From Eutreptiella sp. 'Long Island Sound 2002' (taxonomy: Eukaryota; Protista; Euglenida), in the NCBI GenBank assembly GCA_964036045.1, contig OZ038378.1:185752001-185816000 (forward strand): DNA of 64,000 bases. Direction: 5' to 3'. The notes beneath the pieces are model-generated. The model was not told the origin of the DNA, made no database searches, and saw only the letters and a program-made list of their open reading frames with translations. The first letter of the stretch is position 1. Each line of letters opens with the position of its first letter. Below, piece by piece: positions 35,201-47,246 of this stretch. The position numbers were made by a program, and so were the translations under genes.

Positions 35201-36999
35201 CATGGAAATGAGCTGAAAACCTTCTTATCTCTTGCCAGTGGTCCAAAAGAAAAAGGAGACTTTGGGAAAATAAAACTCTTTTCGCAAAAATTTTGAGGCC
35301 CCACAGAGAGGATGTATGGAATGCACCACTGTAGCACCCATAACCCCTCATGCCACCCTACCACACCCTTATGCCTGCTGGACCACTGGGGGGGGGGGGC
35401 GCCGAAAAAAAGCGGCCAAACATCAAAGAGACTGCTACTGATACTCAAAGATACTCGTTCCGATTTTGGTATTGATCAGACAATGTGCCCCCCCCCCCCC
35501 AAAAAAAAATAGCAATGGGTGTCTGACTGCCAAGGGGTTGCAGAAGCAACCCCAAAGCTGCCCCAGCTTGTCTCTTCGCTGTGTCGATCAGCGCGATCCC
35601 ATTTCAAAAGCTCCACATGGAAGGAAAGCAGGAAGGGGAATCTGTGAGAAAGCCAGTCGGCAAACACCCCAGTCATTCCCATAATTGTGCATGAACATGT
35701 GACATGTCACACTGAAGGCAACCAGTATGCGAAACCCGGCCAACGTTCTTCCTTCAAACCTCCTTCAGATGCGGCGGGACAAGGAACTATCGTCCAACGT
35801 TGTGGAAGCCCAACAGTAGTGCACACATAGAACATCCATTTGCTGTCATCGGCTGAACCCGCAGTTTGAGCAGCGTTTGAACGTATTCATGGCCCCTATG
35901 TGCGGTTACTAGGTGACAGTGGTATTATTCTCCGTATCTAACCCCGCCCTCTTTGTCCAGCAAACATGAAAATCCCAAAAATATATGGTCCAAACACCAA
36001 GTGTTCGTTGGACAAGGCATTCGGTGCGCGCTGGGACCTTATGAAATTCCCACAACACCTGGCTAAGCACAAGATCAGTCATGGTGACAATAGAGGTCCG
36101 ATAGTTGAGGGATATCAGCAGCTCACATCCAGTTTTACATTTCCGCATTATGATTGCACATCACAACAACGCCTCATTTCCCCAAATCTCTCACCTGAAT
36201 CCTGTGCCCTGAAACTCGGTCCCTAATTAATTTGGGTATCAAAAAAATGCGGTCCAAACACCAAGTGTTCACTGGACAAGGCTTTCATTGGACACAAGGG
36301 TAGTCGCCCCCCGCAGCCCAAGTACAAAAAGCAGTCCCATTTTGCCTGCTCCCCAGGAATACCAAACAACACAATGGAGCATTTGACTGTTATTCTTTCA
36401 AGGAGAAAACTGTACTTTCCGTGCGAGGCCCAATGCCCAGTGTTCAACAATGCCAGAAGCAACAAAAATGGGTGGATTCAGCGCAACTGCATACCTCAAG
36501 GTCATCAGACTGCCAAAGTTTGTTGTGTGCAACAAACCCCTTTTTTGGACTTTAGAAACACCTACACACACATCCACACACACATCAGCTGACTGCTCAG
36601 ATGGGCAGTTCGCATGCAATCTGCGCCCATGAATACATTGATGGGCTGAACCGTTGAAAGCCTCCCCTGTGTGGTATTATGTGGCATCACCAACTCCAAA
36701 AACATAAGAGATTGTTAGCCCACACACCAAAATCCCATTGGGCAGGGGACCAGAGGAATTTTATCCAAAAAAGGTCGGCACTGATCACCAATCACCACAA
36801 GGAGTCTTCCGAAAGCCTCGCAAACACCTCTTTGAAAATTGAGGGAGGGCCACACAACATTGCAACAACAGGGATGTTGCCCATTGTTGCCTCGCGAATT
36901 ATTCTGCAGAGTACATTTGCGCAAGGAGCTACAGAGGATTGGCCTGTGTACAGGATTGGATCGAAAGAAGGCATCCTTCGCTTGGTCCCTCCGGCATCT

Positions 37000-37593
37000 C
37001 TACAGCGCCTCCAATATGTGACGGCAGCTAACGTCACCTGCCTCTGCCGCTCTCTGTAACAGACGTTTTGCCTCTTCTTTATCCTGTGGTACTCCAAAGC
37101 CATGCAGATAGCATTGGGCCAGATTCTGCACGGAGGGCCAATGCCTGGCCTCTGCGGCCCGCTGCAGAAGGGAGACAGCCTCTGCAACATCCTGCTCACA
37201 ACCAAAACCATGCAACTTCATTCCGGCCAGGTCTCCCATGGCTGCTACAGAGCCACTGGATACCCCCTGTTGCAGGAGTGCGACAGCCTTGGGGAAGTTC
37301 TGAGGGACGCCCTCTCCGTCACGCAACATGCAAGCGGCAGCAACCAAAGTCCTTGGATGCGAATCTCTGACAGCAACAAGGTAAAGGCGGAGGGCCTCAG
37401 ATTTGTTTTCTGGGGCCCCTCTCCCATACCTCAGTCTCTCTGCCAGCTGGAATTCCGTCTCCCCTGTCCAATGTCCTGTGGAGGCGTGTGCCAGAAGCTC
37501 GCCGGCGACTGTGCGGGCAGGTAAATCGGTGTGCCTTTCCGCACAGACTGGGCGTCCAAGAGCAGGAGTTGTCATTGATGCATCATCACTCAT
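37000..37593 (-). CDS. Sel1-like repeat (SLR) protein, about 4 repeats
   Basis: Uninterrupted ORF with Sel1 units: EFQLAERLRYGRGAPENKSEALRLY, LVAAACMLRDGEGVPQNFPKAVALL, AMGDLAGMKLHGFGCEQDVAEAVSLL and SVQNLAQCYLHGFGVPQDKEEAKRLL. The start is uncertain (ATG at 37593 or an upstream exon). Confidence 0.9.
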   Translation of the reverse strand: MSDDASMTTPALGRPVCAERHTDLPARTVAGELLAHASTGHWTGETEFQLAERLRYGRGAPENKSEALRLYLVAVRDSHPRTLVAAACMLRDGEGVPQNFPKAVALLQQGVSSGSVAAMGDLAGMKLHGFGCEQDVAEAVSLLQRAAEARHWPSVQNLAQCYLHGFGVPQDKEEAKRLLQRAAEAGDVSCRHILEAL

Positions 37594-38003
37594 GCCAATG
37601 CTTTTCAAGGTGGACGGCGAAATGGAAGGGGGAATGTAACATGGAACAAGAGGGTTGGCAGGTACAACAAAACCTCACAAGAAGTGATCATTGGGAATAC
37701 ACAGTTTGACACATGCAATTTCAGTTCCAGGAATTACAATTATGGGTTTGCACACTCTGAAGTGAAAGCCTTCTGTACCAGGCCATATCGCATCTTCAAT
37801 GCTTAAACATGCTTCTTCTTGCCACTCTGCGCTGCACCCTTCGCCAGAGATTTGCATGCAAGTTTGGGTGCATGCATCATGTATTAGACGCCTATACTTT
37901 GCTATACAGGCAACGTACAGCTGAAAGCATAACCGGGATCCCAAATGCCCTGACCCCCCCACTCCCAAACCGTGCAAACGGCCAGCATTGTTTTGACGAT
38001 TGT

Positions 38004-38460
38004 GATTTAGGACCCTTTACTGCCCAAAATCTGAGTACTTTGATAGGAAAAGTCGGTCTCCACTTGCCAGCGAGTGGTCCATAATGAAAAACAAAGATAC
38101 TAACCACACAGGCGCCATTTATGTGCAGCTATGGACCACTTGTTGGCAAGTGGAGACCGCCTTTTCCTATCGAAGTACTCAAATTTCTAGGAAGAACAGG
38201 TCCAAAACCGTACTTTCGTGGTGGAAAACCAGATATTTTAACAAAAGTGCCCAACCAATCGGGAAGTGAAAGAAGGACAGGGATGCCAACCACATGGGGG
38301 CCATTTATGTGCGGATATGGCACTGTACAAATCATTGGCACCTTTCCTGGAATCTGTGATTTTGGGCTCTGAAACTAGGGTTTTGCCCTTACTTGCCAGA
38401 CCTTTGAGTATTTGGGAAGGAAAAGTGGGCTTCCACTTGCCAACCAGTGGTCCACAACTG
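38004..38460. repeat. Foldback: two inverted ~80-bp arms plus a third direct copy
   Basis: 38004-38084 (tgagtactttgataggaaaagtcggtctccacttgcca..agtggtcc) is the reverse complement of 38129-38209. A third copy lies at ~38376-38460. Confidence 0.85.
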
Positions 38461-39099
38461 CACATAAATGTTGTCCATTCAAATTGGATGCCATGTTGAT
38501 TACCAAAATACCAATATGAAGGAGACTGATTTTGGTGTGGGATTGGTGTCCACTAGTTCTGGATTGATGTGCTGTGCCCCCCCCATGGCATACTGCAGCC
38601 CAAATGCCTTGTTCTCGGGCTGCCACTTGCGCCCATGCCCAAAACTGCGTGTTGGACTGATCAGGTATAATTTGGAGGGCTTCAGAAGCAGAGGGGAATG
38701 GCACGCTTGCAATGCGCACATTAGGGAGCGCCACTGTTTGTGTGCCCATTCCGGACGTGCGGGTGCTCATGGCCAATATACGGTGTGTGGGTTTTGTTTT
38801 TCCTGTGGCATCGGCACCAACACCAGGAGCAGGAAAGGCGGACCAGCGGCCAAGCTGCTTGCATACTCCGTGACCGGGTCACTCTTGCCCTTTGCAGCGG
38901 GGCAGTTGCCAGAGTGCACAACAGGGGTGACGTACCAATCAGGTGGGCGTGTTGGATCGAATTGCTTTTGTCAATTGACCAACGTACTCAAGAGACTTTA
39001 GGACAGCGTGCAAGACCGCAACTAGAGAGTTGTTGATTTGGCAGATTATCTGCCGCAGATCGCCCATGCTAACACCACAGTGGGGTACCCGGAATAGAT

Positions 39100-39950
39100 C
39101 CCCCCATTGTCCAATGGCACCAACGGAGAGGGAGCTGACCACCCATGCCACCGCAATGTTCCGGACCCCTTATGTGTACGGACTTGGTGAGCTGTGGATT
39201 GTTCTTGGTATTGATGGTGTGCCTTTGTGGAAACCTCATGTTGTGGGTGGCACACTTGCACTAACTGGGACCCTGAAATCCCTTGAGGCACATTCCCTAG
39301 CTAGGGTAGTTGAAGATAGTGGGTGTGTACAAGGCGTAGAGGAAAACTGCTCACAACATTTCCTGGTTGTCAACGTAAAGGCCGTGTTTGATGCCTTACA
39401 CATGGACAATGTGCTGCATGAAAGCAATGGAACAATACTCGAGATTCTTGGGCATGGACAGCACTGAACACGGGTATTTCCCTTTATATCCTTTATATTG
39501 CTGTGGCAACACCAACTTTGGCCCCGCACCACATTCTCTTGGTGCACAGGTTTATGTCTGTTTTCAGTGGGGACCATTCTCCCTTCAGCCCGTGGCATAG
39601 GAAAGGGAACAATGTTCCCCATGTCAACAGAAATTGAGGCACATGCACAGTCCAATGTGTCCCCAGGGAGTTGCAAGGATGGCCTCAAGGGTTGCCAACA
39701 TTTTTCGCAAGGCTTGGGCAGCCCGTGTAGTAGATTGAATTTCTGATGCTTTGGGTTTTGGGTATAGGCCACATTTACCATGGTACCTATGTGCACAAAC
39801 ATGGCATGCAGGAGACGGTGCAGAGGAATGCCATTCCCATTGTGATGCTTCATCTCACCTTGCAAGGCGACACATAGCAAATCACAGATTTATGATAAGC
39901 CTTGGCGTGGATACAGTGTTCGCATTAGTACTTCATCTTGTTGTTGCATC
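39100..39950 (+). pseudogene. Decayed DNA transposase remnant (EnSpm/Mirage-like)
   Basis: ELWIVLGIDGVPLWK resembles the catalytic DG.P segment, and a downstream AIPIVMLHL resembles the D..H motif. Multiple stops and frameshifts. Confidence 0.4.
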
Positions 39951-40879
39951 CACCTCCTTTGGTGTGCCTTCGTATCTATTGGAGGTATTTCTACTTTCAA
40001 ATTCTTCATTGTTGCTTCCCACACATTTACAGGGACTTTCTTGGTTGTCACGACATGTGCCTTGCTTGTTGGTAGCAATATACCAAAAAACATGTTCGCC
40101 ATCCCATGTGAGCAATCAATGCCATGTTGCTCAGCTGGTATAGATTGAAACACAACACTTGGTGATTTGGCATGTTGGCGTTCAGGGGCAGTGTAGCTCA
40201 ACACTTCAAGGGCCAGCACATCGCAGCATGTGCATGGTGTTTGTTTAGGTTTGGTGGAACTTGGTCCGTCTCTGCCATTAATTTTGTAGCAATATACAGC
40301 ATTATATATATAACGATATTGTGTACAATATTGTGGCATGGGCCTTCGTATGCCTCAACATTTTGTTGACTAGTTGTGAAACGCATGTTTCGCGAATGTT
40401 GACAAAGCACTTTGGTGAGTTTGATGCAACTCTGCGTGCACAATTGCCATTGTGATTTGCTGGACACACATTTGCACACAATTGCTATTGCTATTGATGG
40501 TCCAATCCTATCCAAACAAGGTCCCATCCTGTGTGAACATGGTGTGATCATGTCCGAAAGTGTTCCAATCCCGTTTGAGCATGTTCCCATACTGTCTGAA
40601 CATTTACCTATCCTATCTAAACATGTTACGACTCTATCGCAACTACGTGAAGCCGTGTAATTATGTGCACCACAACATCCATGTTAACAGGTTTCAATCT
40701 GCTTCAGACATCTCCAAACACATCATCGGAGCAACCCATGAATCTCATTTATTGTACGTGTACACGTGTGTTTAGCATGCCCTTGCATGTGTTGTGCCTT
40801 GGGGAAAATCGGAATCCTTAAATGTTTTGTTCATGGGAAATGGTGCACGGATGTCTGTATGAACGATATGTTCTCATAG

Positions 40880-41700
40880 TCAAGGGGGGTCCATATAGAA
40901 ACGGATACAGAGCTCGCAGATACCCCCATCTCACAGGCATATGGCCATCACCACAACTCTCTCTGTGCATTGTTTTGCCTTGCTGCACCGTAGTGCAAAC
41001 CAAACCAGTGCTCAATGTTGCCTTGAGTTCACAAGGTGGCTATCGAATGTTTCCTGGGGTGTTTGGGTCAGCTCTCCCCCACCCATTGGTGCCGGCCAGT
41101 CATGAACCATGCACACTGGGGCTTGTCCCTACGCTTCCCCACTCGATCTGGCTCAACGGCCGTTTCCTCGCCCTGTCTCGCGCGGCTCTGACAACAGCAA
41201 CACATAAGAAACACAGGCCACTTCCCCCACCCCTGCACCCTGCCCAAAAACCATGTCCTTGGCCTGTTCACGGACAAGCGGGGTACCACTTGTCCAAATG
41301 TAATGCCCTGCCCCTTTCGTACTCGCCCCCATGATCAGATTTTTGTTGCCCTCCGCCAACGCGACCTGCACCTGCACTTCCCACCCAAACGGGTGGACAC
41401 TTGACCTTTTGATCCATCAGACCCATCGGCATAGTGCCCAGGCCATGACTTCAGGTTTTTGAAATGACCAGCATGTTCCTGGCCTCATGCCAGACTCAAT
41501 CAGCTCGCCTGATCGCCCGTTCTACTGCTCTGCAGCACATCCAAACCAGTGCCGAATGTTGCCTTGAGTTCGCCCGAGGGGTATCGAACGTTTCTTGGGA
41601 TTGTCTGGGTTAGCTCATCCCCCATAGTGCCAGGGGGGGGGGAGGGGGGGTTACATCCCAACTTAACACTACGCATGAAGGGGACATACATGATCCATGA
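40880..41700 (-). mobile_element. Two adjacent decayed fragments of the RNase H retroelement family
   Basis: The block aaaccagt.ct.aatgttgccttga.ttc....g.tatcgaa.gtttc at ~41000 and ~41545 is shared with 56695-56780. ARQNNAQREL resembles the RNase H RQT..RAEL motif. Confidence 0.5.
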
Positions 41701-42199
41701 ACCTTCTCAAAGAAAAAAACTCCAGTTGGACAGTTGGGGGTCCACCACAGGTCAGCAGCAATATTATCGCAGGACAGTCCAGCCCGAGCCCACTCTTGCG
41801 CTGGATTAAGGCCTGCCAGTAACAGATGATCACGCTGACGAGAAATATTATGCGCCGGGGATTGTAGTTTAGTCTTGAGTGTTTTTGTGAATTAGTTTCT
41901 GTCATCTATTTTGAACGCTCGGCTTGCACGAGTCCTTTAATTTTGAAAACCCGAAAGACCAAGGTGCCGAGTACTACACACTTCATTGTGTTGCGATTGA
42001 GAGATCTTTTTGTTAACTTTAGGAAACAAGGATGGCCCTTTGGCGGCTGCATTTGGTGAGGTTGGGGTTGGGCATTGTACTGTGTTGGTAATAGAATATT
42101 TTGTAACCTAGGGGAAAAAAACAAAAAGAAGAACAAGCAACAACAACTTCAACACAAGTCACATGTGCTTCAGTTCTTAGGTCCACAATGCAGAACCTG

Positions 42200-43000
42200 C
42201 AATATTCCACAATTAGGCAGGTTTCCTAAACTGCACGCTGCAAGGTGCACCGCAAGAAAAGCGTTCTCTGTTGTTACCACCATGCACTTTTGAACAATTG
42301 GAGGGCACAGGGCAGCTGATCTGAAGGCTGGAAGCTGGAGGAAGGTAGCTCAGCGCTTCCTTGAGGTATTTGAGTCGCCAGAGCCGCCAGAGGTCTGCAT
42401 GATGCACGAATTCATGGGCGTGTGCTGCAGCCCTACCACTTAGTCGAGTGCAAATGCACAGAGCCATGCGTCCAACCCAGAATCAAGGGGGCTGCGGCGG
42501 CAGCATTCTGCAAATTCCAGATTCCAAAGGCACAATGTCAAATTGCTGGGTTAGCCTCTGCTCAAGAGTTATAAGGGGAGCTGATACATGGTAGCTTATA
42601 AGTGGGGGCGAAGTATGGGCTGTGCAAACAGAAGTAAGCCAGCATAGACGTTCAATTTTCGGGGGCATTTCGGGTGGCGATGGCGTATCCTTTGAAAAAT
42701 GTGTCGAATGAAGTATGTCTGGGTGGCTTGTCTGCACACAACTGATGCCACATGTGCAGGGCAGGCACAACCCATGTGTCATCAAGCTCTGGATCGAAAC
42801 ATGTTTGGCGTTAGATGTGCCCCAGTTGTGCCACCACAACTATTTGATGGGTGGCAGGACATCGGGCACACCATTTGTTCCTGCATCGGTTGCTCAAGAC
42901 CGCCAAAAGAGTGTCCCATCAGAAACATAATTCGTGAAAAGACGAAGGCTGAAAGGACACAATGCAATGAAGGTTGATGACTTACAAACCAGAAGATCCA
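42200..43000 (-). pseudogene. Possible decayed LINE reverse transcriptase remnant
   Basis: Protein-like broken frames (VCPMS resembling QGCP.S; HADLWRLWRLKYLKEALSYL). Confidence 0.3.
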
Positions 43001-43247
43001 TAAAAACCTGCCCTTAGCCCCGGTTGACCACTTGCCATGCAAAAAAAAAGGAGTGCTCGATTGTGCGCATTAAAGCCCCCAAACCCGCCCCCCACACACA
43101 CATGAATGGTTTTGGCCCGACCCCCTTGGCTACGAAAATGCTGCGGCCACTCTTCAAGCGCGCGGTAGAGGGGGAGCACCCTCGCTGCCCGGCTTCAATG
43201 CCTGGTGATGTTGCTTCGTGGTGATGTTGATTGCAGTGGGTGAACTC

Positions 43248-43372
43248 TGTTGGTGGTGGTGGTGGTGGTGGTGGTGGTGGTGGCTGCGGCAGCGCGGTGG
43301 TGGTGGCCAGCCTTGGTGGTGGTGGCGGTTGTGATGGCGATGCTGGTGGTGGTGGTGGTCTTGCTGCGTCCG
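43248..43372. repeat. (GGT)n trinucleotide microsatellite
   Basis: Read directly. It produces the poly-G, poly-H and poly-T ORFs. Confidence 0.9.
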
Positions 43373-44884
43373 GCAGGACAGATCACTTGACTCATGGCCA
43401 GCGCCTGTCAATGTTGCTGCGGGCCAAATTCTAATATTCATTGCCAGCAAATACTACGGTATTGCGTCTTCGAGTACAATGTGTGCCCCACAGAGCTCGC
43501 CGCCATGATACTGCGGTGCACGGCGCCGTGTGGTTGCAATCCGAAGTCGCATCCAGGACGACAACCCCCCACGGCCACACACCGCTTGACCACGCACCTA
43601 CCGGCCACACCCTCACAACCGCACACTCCCGTGACGGGGGACAGTCCGATGTGGATCTGTGCAGGGCACGAGGGTCTGTTCCGAAACCCGCACTCTTTTG
43701 CCTGGAGTGATTGGAATGCACTGAGGGCCTGCACGGGCTTGACGGACTTCTGTCAAGTGTTGCGTTGCGGGGCAGTCTGGCGAGAAACGTTGAAGGAAGG
43801 GGAGTGACGGACATTCCAGGCGGCGGTATTCCCGGCCGGCGGACATCGCCTCTTACCTCATCCTTGCCCTGCCGGATGCGGCCGAACTCTTTAGTTCCGA
43901 GGCTGCGCAGTCCAAGTGTCATGAAGCGAGCTATTGTACATCATGAAGGTTCGGGCCGCTCAGTCGTCGAAGCAGCAGGTGCACAAAATGGTTCACGAAG
44001 GCCACAGCGCCGTGCGGAGGGGCCGGGGTGCAGAGAGGACCTGGCTCAGCCGACAGAGTAGTCCCGCACACTGCCACATCGAGAGAGCACACACTCACAA
44101 CGCAGTTCGAGGGCATGAACACAAATGGCAACTTGGTCAAGGGGTTAGAAAACTTGTGTTGCGGGAGAACTCAACGGGTGCTCTGCTGCATGCAGCTCGA
44201 CGGTTGGAGGGTTAGCGACAGCAGTTGGGAACCGACAGCAATTGGAGGGGAACCGAAGGCACTTTGATGGCAAGTAGAGCGGCCCCTGGTGGCCGCCTTT
44301 AAAGCAAAAGAAACCAAAGAAATGCCCTTCTCTGCTGAGATCGGTAATCTGGTTTTGGCCTACAGTTTGGTCACAATAGTCCCCAACTCCCACATCCCTG
44401 TAGAGGGCACCAACCCTGCTGCAGCAGATGATGCCAGTGATAACCCCCGTTCCCGTGTGTGGATCCGCGGCAAGTGGTATACGGTGCCTTCCGGATACCC
44501 CCCAAATGCTGATGACCAACCTTTCTGCACAGAGCTGCAAGATGAGTTGAAAAACATATCTTTGGGACTGGCTGGGTGAGTGCTTTGAGCGGTGCCTCAT
44601 TTGGTGAAACTGGTTTCGAAACCCGACGACCCGCAAACCCCCAAGTGACGGGCCGTCGCGGGGATGGTCTCGGGGGGGGGGGGGGGATGAAGGGTTCGAT
44701 GTCAGACAGAGGACGTCCCCCACATCCCTAAACTACCCCCCCCCCAAAGCCTTCGTGGAACACCCCGCCTCCACATATCCTCAAGTCTCCATCCTCGATA
44801 CGCCCCGAAACGCCCCTTCAAACGCCCCGTTCCGGACCCCAAGCCCCCCCTCCGCCCCCCGCCCCCCTTTAATAATGCCACTGC

Positions 44885-46291
44885 TTAACCCGGCCACAGC
44901 GGAGTGCCTTCGAGCACTTTCATATCCGGCGCCCCCTCCATCGACCAAGACCCATCGACTGTTGAATAAGTGAAGGAGTCGGCGGCTGAGTAACCGTGCG
45001 GGCCCATATCGTGATGAAAGAACAGCGCCCCACCTGCGGCAAGGAGCGGAATGCAGCGAGTCGGAGGGGCAAAACACAGGGACAGAGGGGGCCAGAGTGC
45101 GGTTTGGGGGGGGGGGGTGGACAAAGCCGAAAGCATTCCCGTTCGTTATGTAGGGGGAGAGTTTGCATTGCAAACACGTCGGGTAACAGTAGGAATTGCC
45201 GCTTCAGAGGGTAGGAGCTGTGGGGCAAAGATTGCAAGCAACTGCCAGCTCATGAACCGCGATTCTCGGTTGGAATGGGCGGCCCACCACTGCGAAAGCA
45301 TCCGCCCGCAGTGAAGGCTCGTCCCAGGGCGGTCCTTAACGGAAACAAAAACCTTCATTGCGTTACGTGTCACCCAACCAACGCGCACACACCGACTACG
45401 TGCCCACTACACACCCACTGAACACCCGCCATACGCCGACTATACGCCTGCTATACGCCCACGATGCGCTCACTGTACGCCCACTGCACGCCCTCTGTGC
45501 ACCCGCTCTGTGCCCACTATCCGGTCGCAAGGGTGCGGATGGTGCTTGTGGAGGTAGCTGAGGGTTGTGGAGGGTCGCTGCGGGTTGTCACGGATGTCCT
45601 TGTTGAGGAGCGTAAAGTGCGGGGGGGGGGGGGGGGGGCTGTTCTCGATAATCGAGGGGCGGAGTTTGTTGCTTGAAGGTGGTGGAGGATTTGTCAAGTC
45701 TCTTGAGGACGTTTTGTTTCGACTTCCCTGCCTGACATGCACTGCACTGCTGCACTCACAGTCAATTCTTCGGACAGCCATGTACTGCTCACCATGCTGA
45801 AACACAGTAAACTCTGAACAAGGGTCAAAACATAAAGTTCTTGGGAACTTTTAGGTTGGAGTTGTACCCAGAGCTTTAGGGGTGAGAGGGTGACAGAGGG
45901 ACCTCAGGGGTAGTCGACGGCTATGGATGCTCGTTGAATGGGCGTATTGCGCGCGTCAAGTGGGCGTATAGTGGGCACGCAGTGGGCCCCAAAGGCCCGC
46001 CATACCCCTGCAGCCCTGCACAACCCTCATCACAAGGGGCCCGACAAGACCTGAGAAGCAATCCAATAGCAAGTCCGAACTCTTGATAGGGTCCTTGCAC
46101 ACGGGGCACGTAAATTGCACGCACGCGCGGTTGCCTACCGGATCCAAAAAGCGGTTACTGGCAGGGCTCTGTAGCAGCCGGGCCAAATCGAAGCTTTGGG
46201 GGTGGAGGCATGTTGTGCCGCGCACGGGCACCTCGATGATGTCGCCGCCACTGGGGTCCCGCAGGGAGACCTCTATGGTGGGGCCTGCGTT
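44885..46291 (-). CDS. SP-RING (zf-MIZ, PIAS/Siz-type SUMO E3 ligase) domain exons
   Basis: Exon 46291-46051 (cag|AAC...TCA G|gt) encodes NAGPTIEVSLRDPSGGDIIEVPVRGTTCLHPQSFDLARLLQ...FTCPVCKDPIKSSDLLLDCFS. It joins in phase 1 to exon 45033-44885 (cag|GT GGG), which contains the DGSW motif that follows SP-RING in PIAS/Siz proteins. Confidence 0.8.
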
Positions 46292-46429
46292 CTGTGAAGG
46301 GCACGGAGAATGGCTACACGGGCCTGGGAGTGGCAATGCCCCCATCCCCTGGGCTACGGTTCCCAGTACCTTCGCCCCTACCGCCTTGCCCAAGTAAAAA
46401 ATTAATATGGTACATACGCCCCCTGTGTC

Positions 46430-46745
46430 TTACACAAGCCGTGTTGCTGGTTGAGGGACGTTTCTCCCTCGTTGAACACGAAAAACAGCCATGACAGCGT
46501 TCACAGAGCGCTGCGTATACACAAAATCGTGCATCTGCAGACGCCGAGAGGTGCACAAGACATAGAGCGGGGCACAAAGGCTTCCCCAACTATTCAGGCA
46601 AAGGCTCAGAAAGCTGCATGCAATCGTGTGAGTGCTCATGCACAGCCTCACAAGTACAGAACCACAACTGTGCATGCACAGGTGGCCCCCTTGCTTGTTG
46701 GCCGAGACGCTTGTTGCAGCCTCCTCCCCCCACATCTATGGCTCT
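46430..46745. mobile_element. Interspersed repeat family C, copy 1
   Basis: About 310 bp colinear with 50415-50745 (ctcgttgaacac...catgacagcgtt...acacaaaatcgtgcat.tgcagacgccg...gttggccgagacgcttgttgcagcctcctccccc.acatctatggctctt). Confidence 0.85.
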
Positions 46746-47246
46746 TAAACCCCTCTGGCCCTGGATTCGGCAACGGGGCTGATTGTGGTCAAGCAGGGCT
46801 TCTTTACTTCGGCAGCAATGAGTTCTCTGATGGTTCGGCTCAAGCTTGCATCCCATCTCATCTTTTGTTTGGAGCTCTTCTAATAGCACCAGTACCAGCC
46901 ATTTCCAGGGGCAGTCAGGAGCAATCAGCTCTGACCGCCCAAATCTAGCAGAACACAATCTACAGCTTCCATGAAGGGCAGTGGTCAGCGTGGCCCAATG
47001 CAAGGGTATGACCCAAGGATACCAGCGCAGTCAGGCCTCATCCTTTGACATCGCTCCATCACCGGACGTGATGGTTTGTATGCACAGTGCAATATGAAGC
47101 CGCTGCTAGGCTGACAGTCTTGGTAGTATGCGCAAGTCAAAGCCATTGTTGAGGCCATACTTCTTCTCCAGGGCTCTTTGCTGCGTTTGGGACAGAGCAT
47201 TGAGGGAGGACAGGTACGGCACCAGTTTTTGTTTGTCGCCTACGTG

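Noticed and set aside
43195-43450. Poly-His, poly-Gly and poly-Thr ORFs
   Set aside because: They are translations of a (GGT)n microsatellite.
44100-44270. Chromodomain-like DSSWEP peptide
   Set aside because: Only a short motif in a frameshifted TE-like region; insufficient support.
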